64,000 nucleotides of DNA from Candidatus Thorarchaeota archaeon (GTDB taxonomy: Archaea; Asgardarchaeota; Thorarchaeia; Thorarchaeales; Thorarchaeaceae), in NCBI GenBank assembly GCA_048884965.1, contig JBHLQH010000004.1, positions 1 to 64,000 of the forward strand, read 5' to 3'. Of this stretch, positions 29,210-42,325 are shown piece after piece (positions within the stretch are counted from its first letter, which is position 1; every line of letters starts with the position of its first letter). A model generated the notes under the pieces. The model made no database searches, was not told where the DNA came from, and worked only from the letters and a program-made list of their open reading frames with translations. Position numbers and translations under genes: made by a program.

Positions 29210-30167
29210 ATGAAGTATCTCAAGGAGGTTTTGGACCACTGGCATCTTAGAGGTTCTGTAACGCCTATCACCGACCGGTGGCAATGTCAATAGCAATTGG
29301 TAACTTGATACAGGGGCGAATAAGTATATCATTCGTCAAGTAGCTCAATGGAAAAATCGAGATGATGTTCTATTTGAGCATCAATATCTCAGGGAATTCC
29401 AGCGATCTAATTTGGGTTATGCAGTCCCATCACCACTGATCGCAGAAGATGGAAGCAGCTATCTTCAAATCAATGATGGGGCAAATGCAAGTCTCATATG
29501 GTTATATCCTAGGATATCAGGCATTTCAGTTTCCAGTAAAAATCTGACTGAGCACAACATCATTCAAGTCGCAAAATTATTGGGAGATTACCACTCATGG
29601 ATTGTCAACTCAGAGATTACACCAAGATCATTTCGAACTGATTCTCTCAATAGGGATGCTCTGCATGAAGAATTGAATGAACTCATGGATATAATCTCGC
29701 AAAACCCAAAGACACCAACCAACATACTTGACCTGATCTCTCAGGTCGGAACAGCATTGAACTTACTGTCTGAACACACTGCACCGCACGGAAGGCAACA
29801 TCCGATTCACAGAGATTTGAGACCTTCGAACATACTGTGGGATAATGAGAATAGGATATGTGGAATCCTTGATTTCGAAAACGTCAGTGATTCAGGAGAT
29901 ATCTTGCTAAGGGATCTCTCTATCTCGTTACTTTCACTTGGTATAGCTTCTCATAAGGTATTATCTGATGTTTTCTTAGCAGAGTATCAAATATGACAAC
30001 CTCTACCATCAGATCATCTCCAATCGCTCCTCTTGATTCATCTCTCAGGCATCATTGAAGACGTCTTGTATGCGTTCTGGCAGTGGACGCATCAAGGAAG
30101 AGCAATAGATGTCGCAACTTGGTCTCATTGCATTAGACTGCATTCAACTCCGTTTATCCAACTCTGA
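29210..30167 (+). pseudogene. Disrupted APH/homoserine kinase type II-like phosphotransferase
   Basis: IHRDLRPSNILW and GILDFE motifs. ACCG duplication (29270-29277) causes a frameshift; in-frame TAA at 29301 and TGA at 29994. Confidence 0.8.
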
Positions 30168-31052
30168 AAAGACTTGATCGATAAAATCAGCTGCCATACG
30201 ACCTTCTTCTTTCTCTTTCTTGAGATACCTAGAAAGTCCAGGACTTATCATAAGAACTCGTTGAAAGGCTTGCACTGCCTTCTCTCGTAGACCTAGTTCT
30301 AAGCTCGTTTCTCCAACGAAAGTATGATAGTCGACGACGGTTCTATCAACCTTATCAGAGAGATAAAGTTCCATTTCCTCTAGTGCAGATATCTTCTCAT
30401 CGCTTTCTGCCTTCTCTACAGCTTGTTGGAGTTGGTACGCTCTGTAGACTTTTTTCAGGACGCCCAGTAGACGTCCAATCTCATGTACAGGTTCATCGTG
30501 ATCTTCAACGGTGAAATCGATGTAGGTATCCTCTAATCCAGCTCCCTTCTTCTTCACTAGAACGCGAGCACTCATCTTGCCACGAAGATCCCCACCAACA
30601 TCATCACCTGCCTGAAGTGCCGCATATAGACGCTCCGCGAGCATACCCTTGGTGGATTCAAATGCCTTCGCCATGCTTTCCAACACATCACGACCTGTCA
30701 GAATGTTTCCTTGGCATGTATAGCCATTACCGATGATATGACCTGCGTAGTCATCAGTTTCTGTTCCTGTGAATGCGAAGGCCTCACCTGTAAATGAAAC
30801 CATACCAACTTGCCTTGTTTCAAAGTCCTCGTCGGTCTTTCTGAATTCCTCGAGAATCTCACTCACCTTCAAGCCTTCCGAGAGCTTCTCATAGAAGAGA
30901 GAATGAAATGGGAAATATCCTTGAGCTTGCGAACATAAAGCACCTAACTCAGCCACTGCAGTACCAACCATTCCAGCGTCCCACGTGCATGAGGCGATCG
31001 CAAATCCGATCTCTCTTCTTTCAATATCAATGCCTACGATAGAGAATGTCAT
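30144..31052 (-). CDS. DUF1028 (Ntn-like) domain protein with helical/TPR-like C-terminus
   Basis: MTFSIVG, RQVGMV, QGNIL, LAERL..ALQAGD..GGDLRG.MSA. Confidence 0.85.
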   Translation of the reverse strand: MTFSIVGIDIERREIGFAIASCTWDAGMVGTAVAELGALCSQAQGYFPFHSLFYEKLSEGLKVSEILEEFRKTDEDFETRQVGMVSFTGEAFAFTGTETDDYAGHIIGNGYTCQGNILTGRDVLESMAKAFESTKGMLAERLYAALQAGDDVGGDLRGKMSARVLVKKKGAGLEDTYIDFTVEDHDEPVHEIGRLLGVLKKVYRAYQLQQAVEKAESDEKISALEEMELYLSDKVDRTVVDYHTFVGETSLELGLREKAVQAFQRVLMISPGLSRYLKKEKEEGRMAADFIDQVFSELDKRS

Positions 31053-31325
31053 AGCATCACCAGCTGTCTACATCTATGAAAAATCAGCATGAATAATATC
31101 AAGATTGCAGAACCAGCAAGTTCGGATTTTGGCCGAGGCTTGATCCAAAAAACCAGAGGGGAGGGCGCTCCCCCCTCCCCATCCGAACAAGGGTTGGAGA
31201 TTGAGCCTATGAGAAAGTAGCTCGAAGCGAGGAGAATTACGGAATGAGGACAGTTCACGGGTGAGAACTTGACTCCTTGTTTCGAGCCATCATCAATCGG
31301 CTTAGCTAACAGCTGTCTGCTATAT
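31052..31325. ncRNA. Putative structured non-coding RNA, class and strand unknown
   Basis: Nested helices: 31061-67/31309-15, 31120-27/31181-88, 31158-65/31173-80, 31220-34/31273-87. Overlapping ORFs are not protein-like. Confidence 0.45.
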
Positions 31326-31366
31326 GATGGAATCATGTTATCTATATCTGGAACCCAGGTATATTA

Positions 31367-31403
31367 CAAAAGGGACCCAAAGCATTGTGTTTGGGACCTT
31401 TTG
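31367..31403. terminator. Stem-loop downstream of beta-galactosidase
   Basis: CAAAAGG-GA-CCCAAA...TTTGGG-A-CCTTTTG imperfect inverted repeat. Confidence 0.5.
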
Positions 31404-31415
31404 CAAACCTCTTCT

Positions 31416-34577
<3,162 letters not shown>

Positions 34578-34660
34578 TTATGAAGATGGTTGCAGAGCTA
34601 GCTGCTTTCATAGTTGGAGATATATTAGAGACTCCTACTGATGCATATGGTGCATAGATT

Positions 34661-35509
34661 ATGATAACCCTATCAAAGGATGATCCTAGAGCTGAAAAGC
34701 ATAGGGACACCATAAGACCTTATGTGGGAGGCTATGACTCCAGGAAAGTACCCTATTACATTATTGAAGATAATGATCAAGCAGTGGGTGTTGTCATTGT
34801 CGGGGAGGAACCACTGAAGATCATAGAACCGATTGGCACAATGGTTTCAGTAGTGTTGATTATAGATTATAACCAACATGCTAGTGCCTTTGATGAATTT
34901 GCTGGGCTTGCCTTGGAGATCGCAAAAGAATCCAAAGCAGCATACTCTTTCATCGATTTGCCAAATAAATATCCAATCCCGATATCTAGCTTTATGAATT
35001 GCGGGTACAAGGAACTTGCCCATAGTCTCAGAATGTCCCGTATCTTAGAGGACATAATGGAAAATGAAACATCTCTAAGATTCGAAAAGGTAGAGAGAAG
35101 GGAAGTGATAGATTTTCTTGACAAGATGAAGGAATTCATGGTGGGCTCTCATGATGCGATGGTGGACATCATTTTCAGTAACCTCGGAAGACTGCCAGAT
35201 AGTTTCCAAGACCAGTTCTATGGAACCGAACTACTGTTCTGGGTATACCTGGAAAAGGAGCTCATCGGAATCCTAGATATTTGTCCGGGTGGCGTTGCGA
35301 GTATTGCAAATATAGGAGTAAATCCAGTATATAGGGGAAGGAAGTACAGCCGTCAAATTATGCTATATGCGATGAATCTGCTGAAAGACCTTGGGAAAGA
35401 GAGAGCAGGACTACGAGTACATATGGAAAATAAAGTAGCCCTACAACTGTATGAATCCCTAGGTTTCTCAAAGGAAGCAAGTCATAGGGCTCTTATTTGG
35501 AGGAAATGA
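34661..35509 (+). CDS. GNAT acetyltransferase (two-domain)
   Basis: IGVNPVYRGRKYS; LRVHMENKVALQLYESLGF; similar to 49246..50121. Confidence 0.85.
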   Translation: MITLSKDDPRAEKHRDTIRPYVGGYDSRKVPYYIIEDNDQAVGVVIVGEEPLKIIEPIGTMVSVVLIIDYNQHASAFDEFAGLALEIAKESKAAYSFIDLPNKYPIPISSFMNCGYKELAHSLRMSRILEDIMENETSLRFEKVERREVIDFLDKMKEFMVGSHDAMVDIIFSNLGRLPDSFQDQFYGTELLFWVYLEKELIGILDICPGGVASIANIGVNPVYRGRKYSRQIMLYAMNLLKDLGKERAGLRVHMENKVALQLYESLGFSKEASHRALIWRK

Positions 35510-35511
35510 AT

Positions 35512-36177
35512 CTAGGAACAGTATGGTTTCGCGTCGAGAACCGCGTCTACACCATTCGCCTTCGCCAACTGCTTCCATCCTCTTTGTGCCATCATGATGT
35601 ACAGCCGCTTTGGAACAACCTGTTTCTTGATCTGTCCGATTGCAGCAGTCGGTACATCTTCCATATTCATTATTGCTGAGACTAAGAGGTCCATGGATAG
35701 TTTGGCATTTCTTCCACGCCCACCGGTTTCATCTAGAGGGACGCCACCAATTATCCCACCACCTCCGAAGGGAATTCCCCCGGCCCATTGATAGCCTATC
35801 TTTAGGCAGAAGTTCCTAAGGATATCAAGAGCCAGACTATTGTGCTCACTTTCTGGGAATCCGCTATTGAGAATTCCAATGAATCGAGACTTTCTCCCGT
35901 CCACTCCGGATCTATGGCGATCTATATCCAGCATTGTCTGCAGTACATGGGCAGGCAACGTATCAATGTATAGCGGAGCTGCCAATACGATATAATCAGC
36001 TGAATCCAAATCAGTTAGCAATCGATTCATGGATTCTTCACTTCGAATCGAGTTGCTGAGAATGTGAACTACTGTCTGCAAACCATTCCTCTCTAATTCA
36101 TTTGACACATAGTTCACCAAGGAGAAGGATGTTGAGACTTTTCCTTTTGGCGACCCTGATAGCAATACTACCTTCAT
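35512..36177 (-). CDS. NAD(P)H-dependent flavodoxin-fold oxidoreductase
   Basis: LSGSPKG, AAPLYIDTLPA, NSGFPE. Confidence 0.8.
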   Translation of the reverse strand: MKVVLLSGSPKGKVSTSFSLVNYVSNELERNGLQTVVHILSNSIRSEESMNRLLTDLDSADYIVLAAPLYIDTLPAHVLQTMLDIDRHRSGVDGRKSRFIGILNSGFPESEHNSLALDILRNFCLKIGYQWAGGIPFGGGGIIGGVPLDETGGRGRNAKLSMDLLVSAIMNMEDVPTAAIGQIKKQVVPKRLYIMMAQRGWKQLAKANGVDAVLDAKPYCS

Positions 36178-36749
36178 GAGATAACCTCCATAGTGGAGAG
36201 ATATCCTTCTATCTCGGGTTGGATTCCTCTCGGTGGTTTATCCATATGGTATATCGCAACGTGACTTGATTGAGCATGCATGTTCAATGCATTCCTTGAA
36301 ACATTCAATCTAAAGAGGCTCTCCGATACTGAGTCCTCTGCATCGAGCAAGCCAATTGCGAAAATTGAGGGATACTTATTGTACCGTTTCTGATGATGGT
36401 ATTCACCCTGAATCTTTTTGAAGAATGGATGTATCAACGGGATGGATCGATCTAAAAGAACTTTGAGCGTGGGAGAGTACGCTCCAAAAACGATAGGAGT
36501 GAGATAGATCACGATATCGGAGTTGATTATCTTAGCACAGATATTTCGTGCGTCATCATCAATAACACATTCACCTGGAGTCTTCACCCAACAGCCAAAG
36601 CAACCTCTGCAATAGGATATCTTATGCTCTTTGAGATGTACTACTTCAAGCTCAAATGAAGAATGCTCTGATATGACTCTGAAGGATTCGAGTATATCTG
36701 TTGAAATCCTGTTTGATTCCGAAATTCCGTCAAGAACTAGTATTTTCAT
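36174..36749 (-). CDS. Iron-sulfur flavoprotein / multimeric flavodoxin family protein
   Basis: CRGCFGCWVKTPGECVIDDD; TPIVFG; LLDR.IP. Confidence 0.85.
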   Translation of the reverse strand: MKILVLDGISESNRISTDILESFRVISEHSSFELEVVHLKEHKISYCRGCFGCWVKTPGECVIDDDARNICAKIINSDIVIYLTPIVFGAYSPTLKVLLDRSIPLIHPFFKKIQGEYHHQKRYNKYPSIFAIGLLDAEDSVSESLFRLNVSRNALNMHAQSSHVAIYHMDKPPRGIQPEIEGYLSTMEVIS

Positions 36750-36803
36750 TATTATCAGAAGATACTTGTGCTAAAATCAGATAATCCTAGCTAAAGAGAA
36801 ATC

Positions 36804-36815
36804 CTGAAATTTCAG
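36804..36815. promoter_or_regulatory. Perfect palindrome CTGAAATTTCAG, candidate operator
   Basis: Lies in the divergent promoter between the flavodoxin pair and the HTH regulator. Confidence 0.4.
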
Positions 36816-36833
36816 TATTGGACTTGATAACTT

Positions 36834-37592
36834 ATGGTCGGGACAGAGGATATTGCAGCACTCTTCTTTGAATTATCAAGTTCATCAAGACTAGACATCA
36901 TCTTAAAACTGGATGAACAGGCGTTGAAGCTGAGCCAGATTTCTAAAGAATTGGATATGTCTATTCAAGAAGCCTCTCGACATATCGCTAGGCTTTGTGA
37001 TGCAAAACTCGTGGATAAATGCCAGGATGGGCAATATTCTCTCACACCATATGGAAGACAGATTCGTAGACTTTTTCCGAGTATGAGATTCATCTCGGAG
37101 AATTCGGATTTCTTCTCAACACATGATTTCTTCGTGGTTCCTGAGCAATTTCACTATGGATTGGGAATAATAGAATCATATGAGCGCTCGCGGCATGTTA
37201 TGGAAGCATTCAGGTATACTGAAGAATTAATCAAGAATGCAGAGAAGTTCATCTGGATTCATTCTGATCAGGTCCTGTCAAGTGCATTGCCTTTGATAGA
37301 AGATGCCGTATCAAGGGGAGTCGAGTTCAGACTTGTACTTCCAAGTTCCATTATCGAGGAAGATTATGGCCAGAATACCAATGCAGAGATACCTGAGAAC
37401 TATCGAGCACTTGTACAACAAAGATTCCCTGAGAAAGTCGAAATGATCATTGTAATGTCTGAGAAGGAGGCATTACTTGCATTCCCGGATTTAGAGGGAA
37501 AAATGGATTATGTTGGTTTCTCAGTGGAGGGTCCAAAGGCTATTCAATGGTGTGAAGAGATCTTCCTCTATTTTTGGAACAAGGCAGCCTAG
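36834..37592 (+). CDS. ArsR-HTH + DUF1724-like archaeal transcriptional regulator
   Basis: LFFELSSSSRLDII...EASRHIARL...YSLTPYG; C-terminal AIQWCEEIFLYFW. Confidence 0.82.
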   Translation: MVGTEDIAALFFELSSSSRLDIILKLDEQALKLSQISKELDMSIQEASRHIARLCDAKLVDKCQDGQYSLTPYGRQIRRLFPSMRFISENSDFFSTHDFFVVPEQFHYGLGIIESYERSRHVMEAFRYTEELIKNAEKFIWIHSDQVLSSALPLIEDAVSRGVEFRLVLPSSIIEEDYGQNTNAEIPENYRALVQQRFPEKVEMIIVMSEKEALLAFPDLEGKMDYVGFSVEGPKAIQWCEEIFLYFWNKAA

Positions 37593-37637
37593 GCATATCA
37601 CATTGAACTTTATTAAGTAAGGATGAAAGGCTAGCAA

Positions 37638-38090
37638 ATGAGCTATTCAAAGATACCTGCCAAAGGAAAGTCCATCAGAGACCTTGCCCTCTTCATTGGA
37701 TGCTGGGAGGGAATGAGCGGTGATGACCTCATTGAAGAACACTGGATGTCGGCAGCCTATGGAAATATGACAGGAATGTTCCGATGGATGAAAAATGGAG
37801 ATGTCTTTATTTACGAGCTCATGGCACTTGTCGAAAAGAACAAGGAAGTTCTACTATATCTCCGACACTTCGACAAGGATTTCATCGGATGGGAAGAAAA
37901 AAGCACTCCAATGATCTTCCATCTTACAGAAGCAAATGGTACTAAGGCAGTATTCACCCTGAGAGATAATCCAGAGAAAGGATGGATTATCTACGAATTG
38001 TTAAACAGTGATATACTACGATTCTCTGACATCAATGCAGATGGATCTATCTCATTCGAATTGATTTTCAAAAGGCAACCAAAAGGATGA
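37638..38090 (+). CDS. DUF6265-like protein
   Basis: L.LFIGCWEG....IEEHW....GNMTG; YE; LRHF. Confidence 0.65.
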   Translation: MSYSKIPAKGKSIRDLALFIGCWEGMSGDDLIEEHWMSAAYGNMTGMFRWMKNGDVFIYELMALVEKNKEVLLYLRHFDKDFIGWEEKSTPMIFHLTEANGTKAVFTLRDNPEKGWIIYELLNSDILRFSDINADGSISFELIFKRQPKG

Positions 38091-38128
38091 AACAAAAAGG
38101 AAGAAAGGCACAAGTGTGCCGTTTCTAC

Positions 38129-40018
38129 CTATACTTCCCGTGAAAAGATTGGTTGTTTTGATATCAATGGAGGGAGGAGTAGTTGTTGCTTTGGTGCAAA
38201 GGCAGTCTTTTCTGAGATACCTTTCGCCAACTCGTTAATGGTCATTTTCACTTGATCCTTTTCGCGTCTGATTCTGATAGCAAGTTCTCCAGTTTCTTTC
38301 TCTTTCTCTCCCACCACACAGATATAGGGAATCCAGAGCTTCTCTGCAGAACGTATCTTCTTTCCTAGAGTCATCGAACGATCATCAATCTCATATCTTA
38401 TGCCAAATTCATCTAGAGCTTTTCCCAGCTCCTCAGCGTATGACACAAGATTGTCATCAATTGGAAGGAAGCGAACTTGAACTGGAGTCATCCAGAGAGG
38501 TAACATAGGCTTGATGCCCTTCTTCTTGTCCTTATTCGCCTGCTCAAGAACTCCATAAAGGACTCTTTCAATTGATCCAGAAGGTGAAGTATGTAGGATA
38601 AGAGGTCGTTTCTCTTTTCCATCCTCACCAATATACTTGATATCGAATCTTTCTGCGTTCTCCACATCGATCTGAACAGTGGCCAAGCAGGCAGATTTCT
38701 CCTGTTCATCGACAACATTCCATTCTCCTTTGAAGAGGAAGTATGCATAGCGTTCATCAAATATCTCGATCATGACAGGTTTTCCGACTTTCTTAACGAC
38801 ACCCTTGATGAAATCCTCATTTTCCTCGTAGAACTCCTTTAGAACTCTGAAAGATACTTCATAGCTTACTTCAAGTTCGTTCATTAGCTTCGTGACGAAC
38901 ACTAACTGATTATTAACGGAATCCTTTGCCATCTCAACATCAGCTACGAATTCGTGAATATCAGGCATCGTGAATGCTCGAAGCCTTCGCATTCCAGCAA
39001 GCTCTCCACTCTGCTCTCTTCGATAGCTCTGTGAAATCTCGAACATCTTCAAAGGCAGTTGCTTGTGCGAAACTGTTGCCTGAGATAACAGTAGAAACTG
39101 ACCAAAGCAAGCGGAGAAGCGAGCGAAGTAATCACGATCTCCTGATCTCACAACATACTGTCGGGAGGGAAATCGTTGAAGATAGGACTTGAGAGAGGGA
39201 TGCTCGTAATCGTAAATTAAGGGAGTTTGGACTACATGAGCTCCATAGTCGACCATTTCCTTGGTCACTCTCTCTTCAACAGTCCTCTTCAGGGTATAAC
39301 CTCTGGGAGGCCACCTGAAGTTCCCAGCATCCGAGCCGGGTTCGTAATCCACTAGTTCCAAGCTCTTCATCAGCTCTATATGTGAGGGAGGTTCCTGCGC
39401 GGTCCTATCTTTTGCAGTTTCATAGCTGACATAAAGACGAAGTTCTTCGTAACCAGTATAGTCGAACTTTTTGACCTCGGTTATTTCACCATCAGGAGTG
39501 AAGATATAGAACTGTGACTTGACACCTTGCTCAGCTTGTATTGCAGTGAGATCCTCACCTTCAGTAATTTCTCCCTTTGCGTCTAGTTTCACCTTGGTGA
39601 TATCGAGTACCTTTGATCGTTCAGCAAGAGGGTGTCCTTTACAATGAATCATGAACGACTTGTACCACCCAAATGGGATTCTCAGCACATCATAGCCCTG
39701 TTTCTTCAATTCCTTCTCTACACCCTTTAGGAGCTTGAGAGCGGCACTAGGTTGTGCAGGACTTTCGCTAAGGTGCACCCAAGGATAGACAATCACCTTC
39801 TTCTCTTTGACTTCGTCTGCCGCCTGAGCAATCATCTGCGCAGTCATCAATGCTGCTTGTGCGAGGTTTGTTGTATCAGAGGTCTCGGCAGCTATGAAGT
39901 TGACTAGACATGATTCGTCAGTCGAATAGCTCTTCGAGTCAATACTTTCCGCATTCTTCAATGCCTTTCGTTTGGCTTCAAATGCAAAGCCATCACTGTG
40001 TATCTGTAGCATTCTCAT
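38129..40018 (-). CDS. thrS: Threonine--tRNA ligase, archaeal type
   Basis: Archaeal editing domain (MRMLQIH, YPWVHLS, PFGWYKSF..CKGHPLAE), FSACFGQF, YRREQSGEL.GMRRLRAFTMPD.H, HTSPSGSIER, anticodon-binding domain. Confidence 0.97.
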   Translation of the reverse strand: MRMLQIHSDGFAFEAKRKALKNAESIDSKSYSTDESCLVNFIAAETSDTTNLAQAALMTAQMIAQAADEVKEKKVIVYPWVHLSESPAQPSAALKLLKGVEKELKKQGYDVLRIPFGWYKSFMIHCKGHPLAERSKVLDITKVKLDAKGEITEGEDLTAIQAEQGVKSQFYIFTPDGEITEVKKFDYTGYEELRLYVSYETAKDRTAQEPPSHIELMKSLELVDYEPGSDAGNFRWPPRGYTLKRTVEERVTKEMVDYGAHVVQTPLIYDYEHPSLKSYLQRFPSRQYVVRSGDRDYFARFSACFGQFLLLSQATVSHKQLPLKMFEISQSYRREQSGELAGMRRLRAFTMPDIHEFVADVEMAKDSVNNQLVFVTKLMNELEVSYEVSFRVLKEFYEENEDFIKGVVKKVGKPVMIEIFDERYAYFLFKGEWNVVDEQEKSACLATVQIDVENAERFDIKYIGEDGKEKRPLILHTSPSGSIERVLYGVLEQANKDKKKGIKPMLPLWMTPVQVRFLPIDDNLVSYAEELGKALDEFGIRYEIDDRSMTLGKKIRSAEKLWIPYICVVGEKEKETGELAIRIRREKDQVKMTINELAKGISEKTAFAPKQQLLLPPLISKQPIFSREV

Positions 40019-40125
40019 TATTAGAGACCTCTAGAACACCATCTTCTCGGTTCTACACTTAAGCTTGGCGCATTATGCCAATAGAGCCATTTACAATTTA
40101 AGGGACGGTTCATACTAGAAGTAAT

Positions 40126-41340
40126 ATGAAAGAGGTCGTTGTTGTATCAGCTGTACGAAGTCCAATAGGAGCCTTTGGTGGGTCTCTGAAGGAACTGCAA
40201 GCCCCTGAACTTGCGGCTCAAGTGATGAAAGCAGCTGTTGAGAGAGCAGGAATCGATGCTCATCTTATTGGCGATGTTCGATTTGGGAATTGCTTGGAGC
40301 CACCCAAAGCGCTGAATATAGCAAGAGTAGCAATGCTCTTGGCAGGAATTCCATACACCGTGCCTGCCGTAACCATCAATAGAGTATGTACTTCGGCGAT
40401 GGAAGCAATCGTGAGCGGTTCACTACAAATAGAAACAGGATTCACGGACATAGTGTTAGCGGGAGGAGTAGAGAGCATGTCAAATGTGCCATATTGCGTT
40501 GAAAATGCGAGATGGGGAGTACGCCTCTTTGATGGAGTGTTTCTAGACATGCTTACTACTGGACTACATGCAGGAAGTCACTTCTTCCCTCACCCAGTGA
40601 CGGGCAAGCATTACATCATGGGTGAGACAGCTGAATTCCTCAATGAGAAACACGGATTCACAAGAGAGCAACAGGATGAAGTGGCATTAAGGTCTCAGAA
40701 CAACGCTGAGAGAGCAACCAAAGAAGGTGACTTCAAAGATGAAATCATACCAATTGAAGTACCAGGTCGAAAAGGAGAAGTATCACTCGTGGAGAAGGAT
40801 GAGCATTTCAGACCAGGTCTGACGATGGAGGACCTTGGTAAGCTGAAGCCGGCTTTTAGAAAGGATGGTACAGTGACCGCAGGCAACTCAAGTGGTATCA
40901 ACGATGGATCTGCTGCAATGATACTGATGTCCTCAGAAAAGGCAGATGAGCTTGGCATCAAGCCTATTGCGAAACTCAGTGGATATGGAATGGGTTGCAG
41001 TGAACCACATCTTATGGGAGAGTCACCTATACCTGCAGTGACAAATCTTATTGAGCGTACTTCTGAGTCTTTTGATCAATGGGATCTAGTGGAAGTCAAC
41101 GAGGCGTTTGCTAGTCAATATCTAGCTGTTGAGAAAGGTCTCGAACCTTTGGGATTCGACCGTGATAAAACAAACATAAACGGTTCAGGAATAGGTCTGG
41201 GCCACCCTGTTGGATGTACAGGTGCTCGTATCATCATTACTCTTCTTCATGCGTTGAAGAACAGAGGAATGACTAAGGGTATGGCTACATTATGTGGAGG
41301 CGGCGGCATCAGTATAGCTACGTCATGGGAATTATTGTAA
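40126..41340 (+). CDS. Acetyl-CoA C-acyltransferase (thiolase)
   Basis: NRVCTS, GGVESMS, NEAFA, GHPVGCTG, LCGGGG. Confidence 0.95.
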   Translation: MKEVVVVSAVRSPIGAFGGSLKELQAPELAAQVMKAAVERAGIDAHLIGDVRFGNCLEPPKALNIARVAMLLAGIPYTVPAVTINRVCTSAMEAIVSGSLQIETGFTDIVLAGGVESMSNVPYCVENARWGVRLFDGVFLDMLTTGLHAGSHFFPHPVTGKHYIMGETAEFLNEKHGFTREQQDEVALRSQNNAERATKEGDFKDEIIPIEVPGRKGEVSLVEKDEHFRPGLTMEDLGKLKPAFRKDGTVTAGNSSGINDGSAAMILMSSEKADELGIKPIAKLSGYGMGCSEPHLMGESPIPAVTNLIERTSESFDQWDLVEVNEAFASQYLAVEKGLEPLGFDRDKTNINGSGIGLGHPVGCTGARIIITLLHALKNRGMTKGMATLCGGGGISIATSWELL

Positions 41341-41389
41341 GAGAAAGGAACCCCAGGGGGCTATTGCCCCCTTGGATGTATTTCAATCA

Positions 41390-41640
41390 TCATTGTTTTG
41401 ACCTGAATATCAAGACCAACAAGACGATGATAATTGCGACAGCACCGATTGTTATAATTATGGAAATTATTTGCATCACATCTTGCGGGAATGGAAATGT
41501 AGGATTTGCTGTAGGTGTTGTTGCGGCAGTGGGGGAGTAAGTATTGCCACATCATGAGAATTGATGTAGAAAAGGAGAGATGAAAGGAGGTAACGCCCCA
41601 TTTCCTCAAATCTATGCTAGCTCGCATTGGTATCATCCAT
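41390..41640 (-). pseudogene. Remnant C-terminus of a membrane-anchored surface protein
   Basis: Reads ...PTAATTPTANPTFPFPQDVMQIISIIITIGAVAIIIVLLVLIFRSKQ*. Upstream part is broken by a frameshift near a C5 run and a TAG. Confidence 0.45.
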
Positions 41641-41658
41641 CAATGGCGATATGAGACT

Positions 41659-42168
41659 TCAATGCGCGTCAGCTCTACAAATACAAGATTGAAGAGAAGA
41701 AACCAGTTGAGTAAAATTGTCACCAGTCTTCGCACTAATCAAGACATATTCGGACCCCAGTTCAGATGCTTTTCTTTCAATTTCCTCAATGGGTATCGCA
41801 CTGCCTTCATCAGTTTTATTCCCGACAAGCAGCCATCGCTCCTTTGGAATCCTGTCGATTAATCCAAGCCATTCATCGAGGTCGAAAAGGGAGCGTATCT
41901 TATTGACATCGAAAACAAGTAGAAGAGCATGAGCTCCGCCAACAAATCCCTCTTGAAAGAATCTGAATTGTTCTTGGCCGCCCAGATCGAAGACTGACGT
42001 CTGAATGATGGCACCGTTTCCATCATTCTGGAATTGCCATGACTCAACATCTATTCCTATCGTCATCTCTTGATCGATGAAATCACCAGTAACTAGGCGG
42101 GATGCGATTGTACTCTTGCCAGAGCCTCCAGCGCCTACCATCACTACTTTTGCGTATGTCTTCTCCAA
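41659..42168 (-). CDS. Small GTPase, Rab/Ras-like (Asgard eukaryotic-signature type); TTG start inferred
   Basis: G1 GAGGSGKS, G2 TIGID, G3 DLGGQEQFR, G4 NKTD, G5 SAK. Confidence 0.9.
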   Translation of the reverse strand: MEKTYAKVVMVGAGGSGKSTIASRLVTGDFIDQEMTIGIDVESWQFQNDGNGAIIQTSVFDLGGQEQFRFFQEGFVGGAHALLLVFDVNKIRSLFDLDEWLGLIDRIPKERWLLVGNKTDEGSAIPIEEIERKASELGSEYVLISAKTGDNFTQLVSSLQSCICRADAH

Positions 42169-42325
42169 TGCTAGCACCCGGGGGAATGATAGAGTAATGA
42201 AAAAGAATACTCTCCACAACACATAATGTGCAATAGCCTTCTCATAAGACTTGTTGAGATGAAATCCTCTCCTTTTGGCATCACTTACCAATATGCTTAA
42301 CAATAATGAAATGATTATATTGATT

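Noticed and set aside
29994-29996. In-frame TGA as selenocysteine
   Set aside because: The gene also has a TAA and a frameshift, the position is not a Cys/redox site, and no SECIS was recognised.
31049-31336. 95-aa minus-strand ORF, or a definite RNase P/SRP call
   Set aside because: The ORF is not protein-like. Canonical GAGGAAAGUCC and SRP helix-8 motifs are absent, so no RNA class was assigned.
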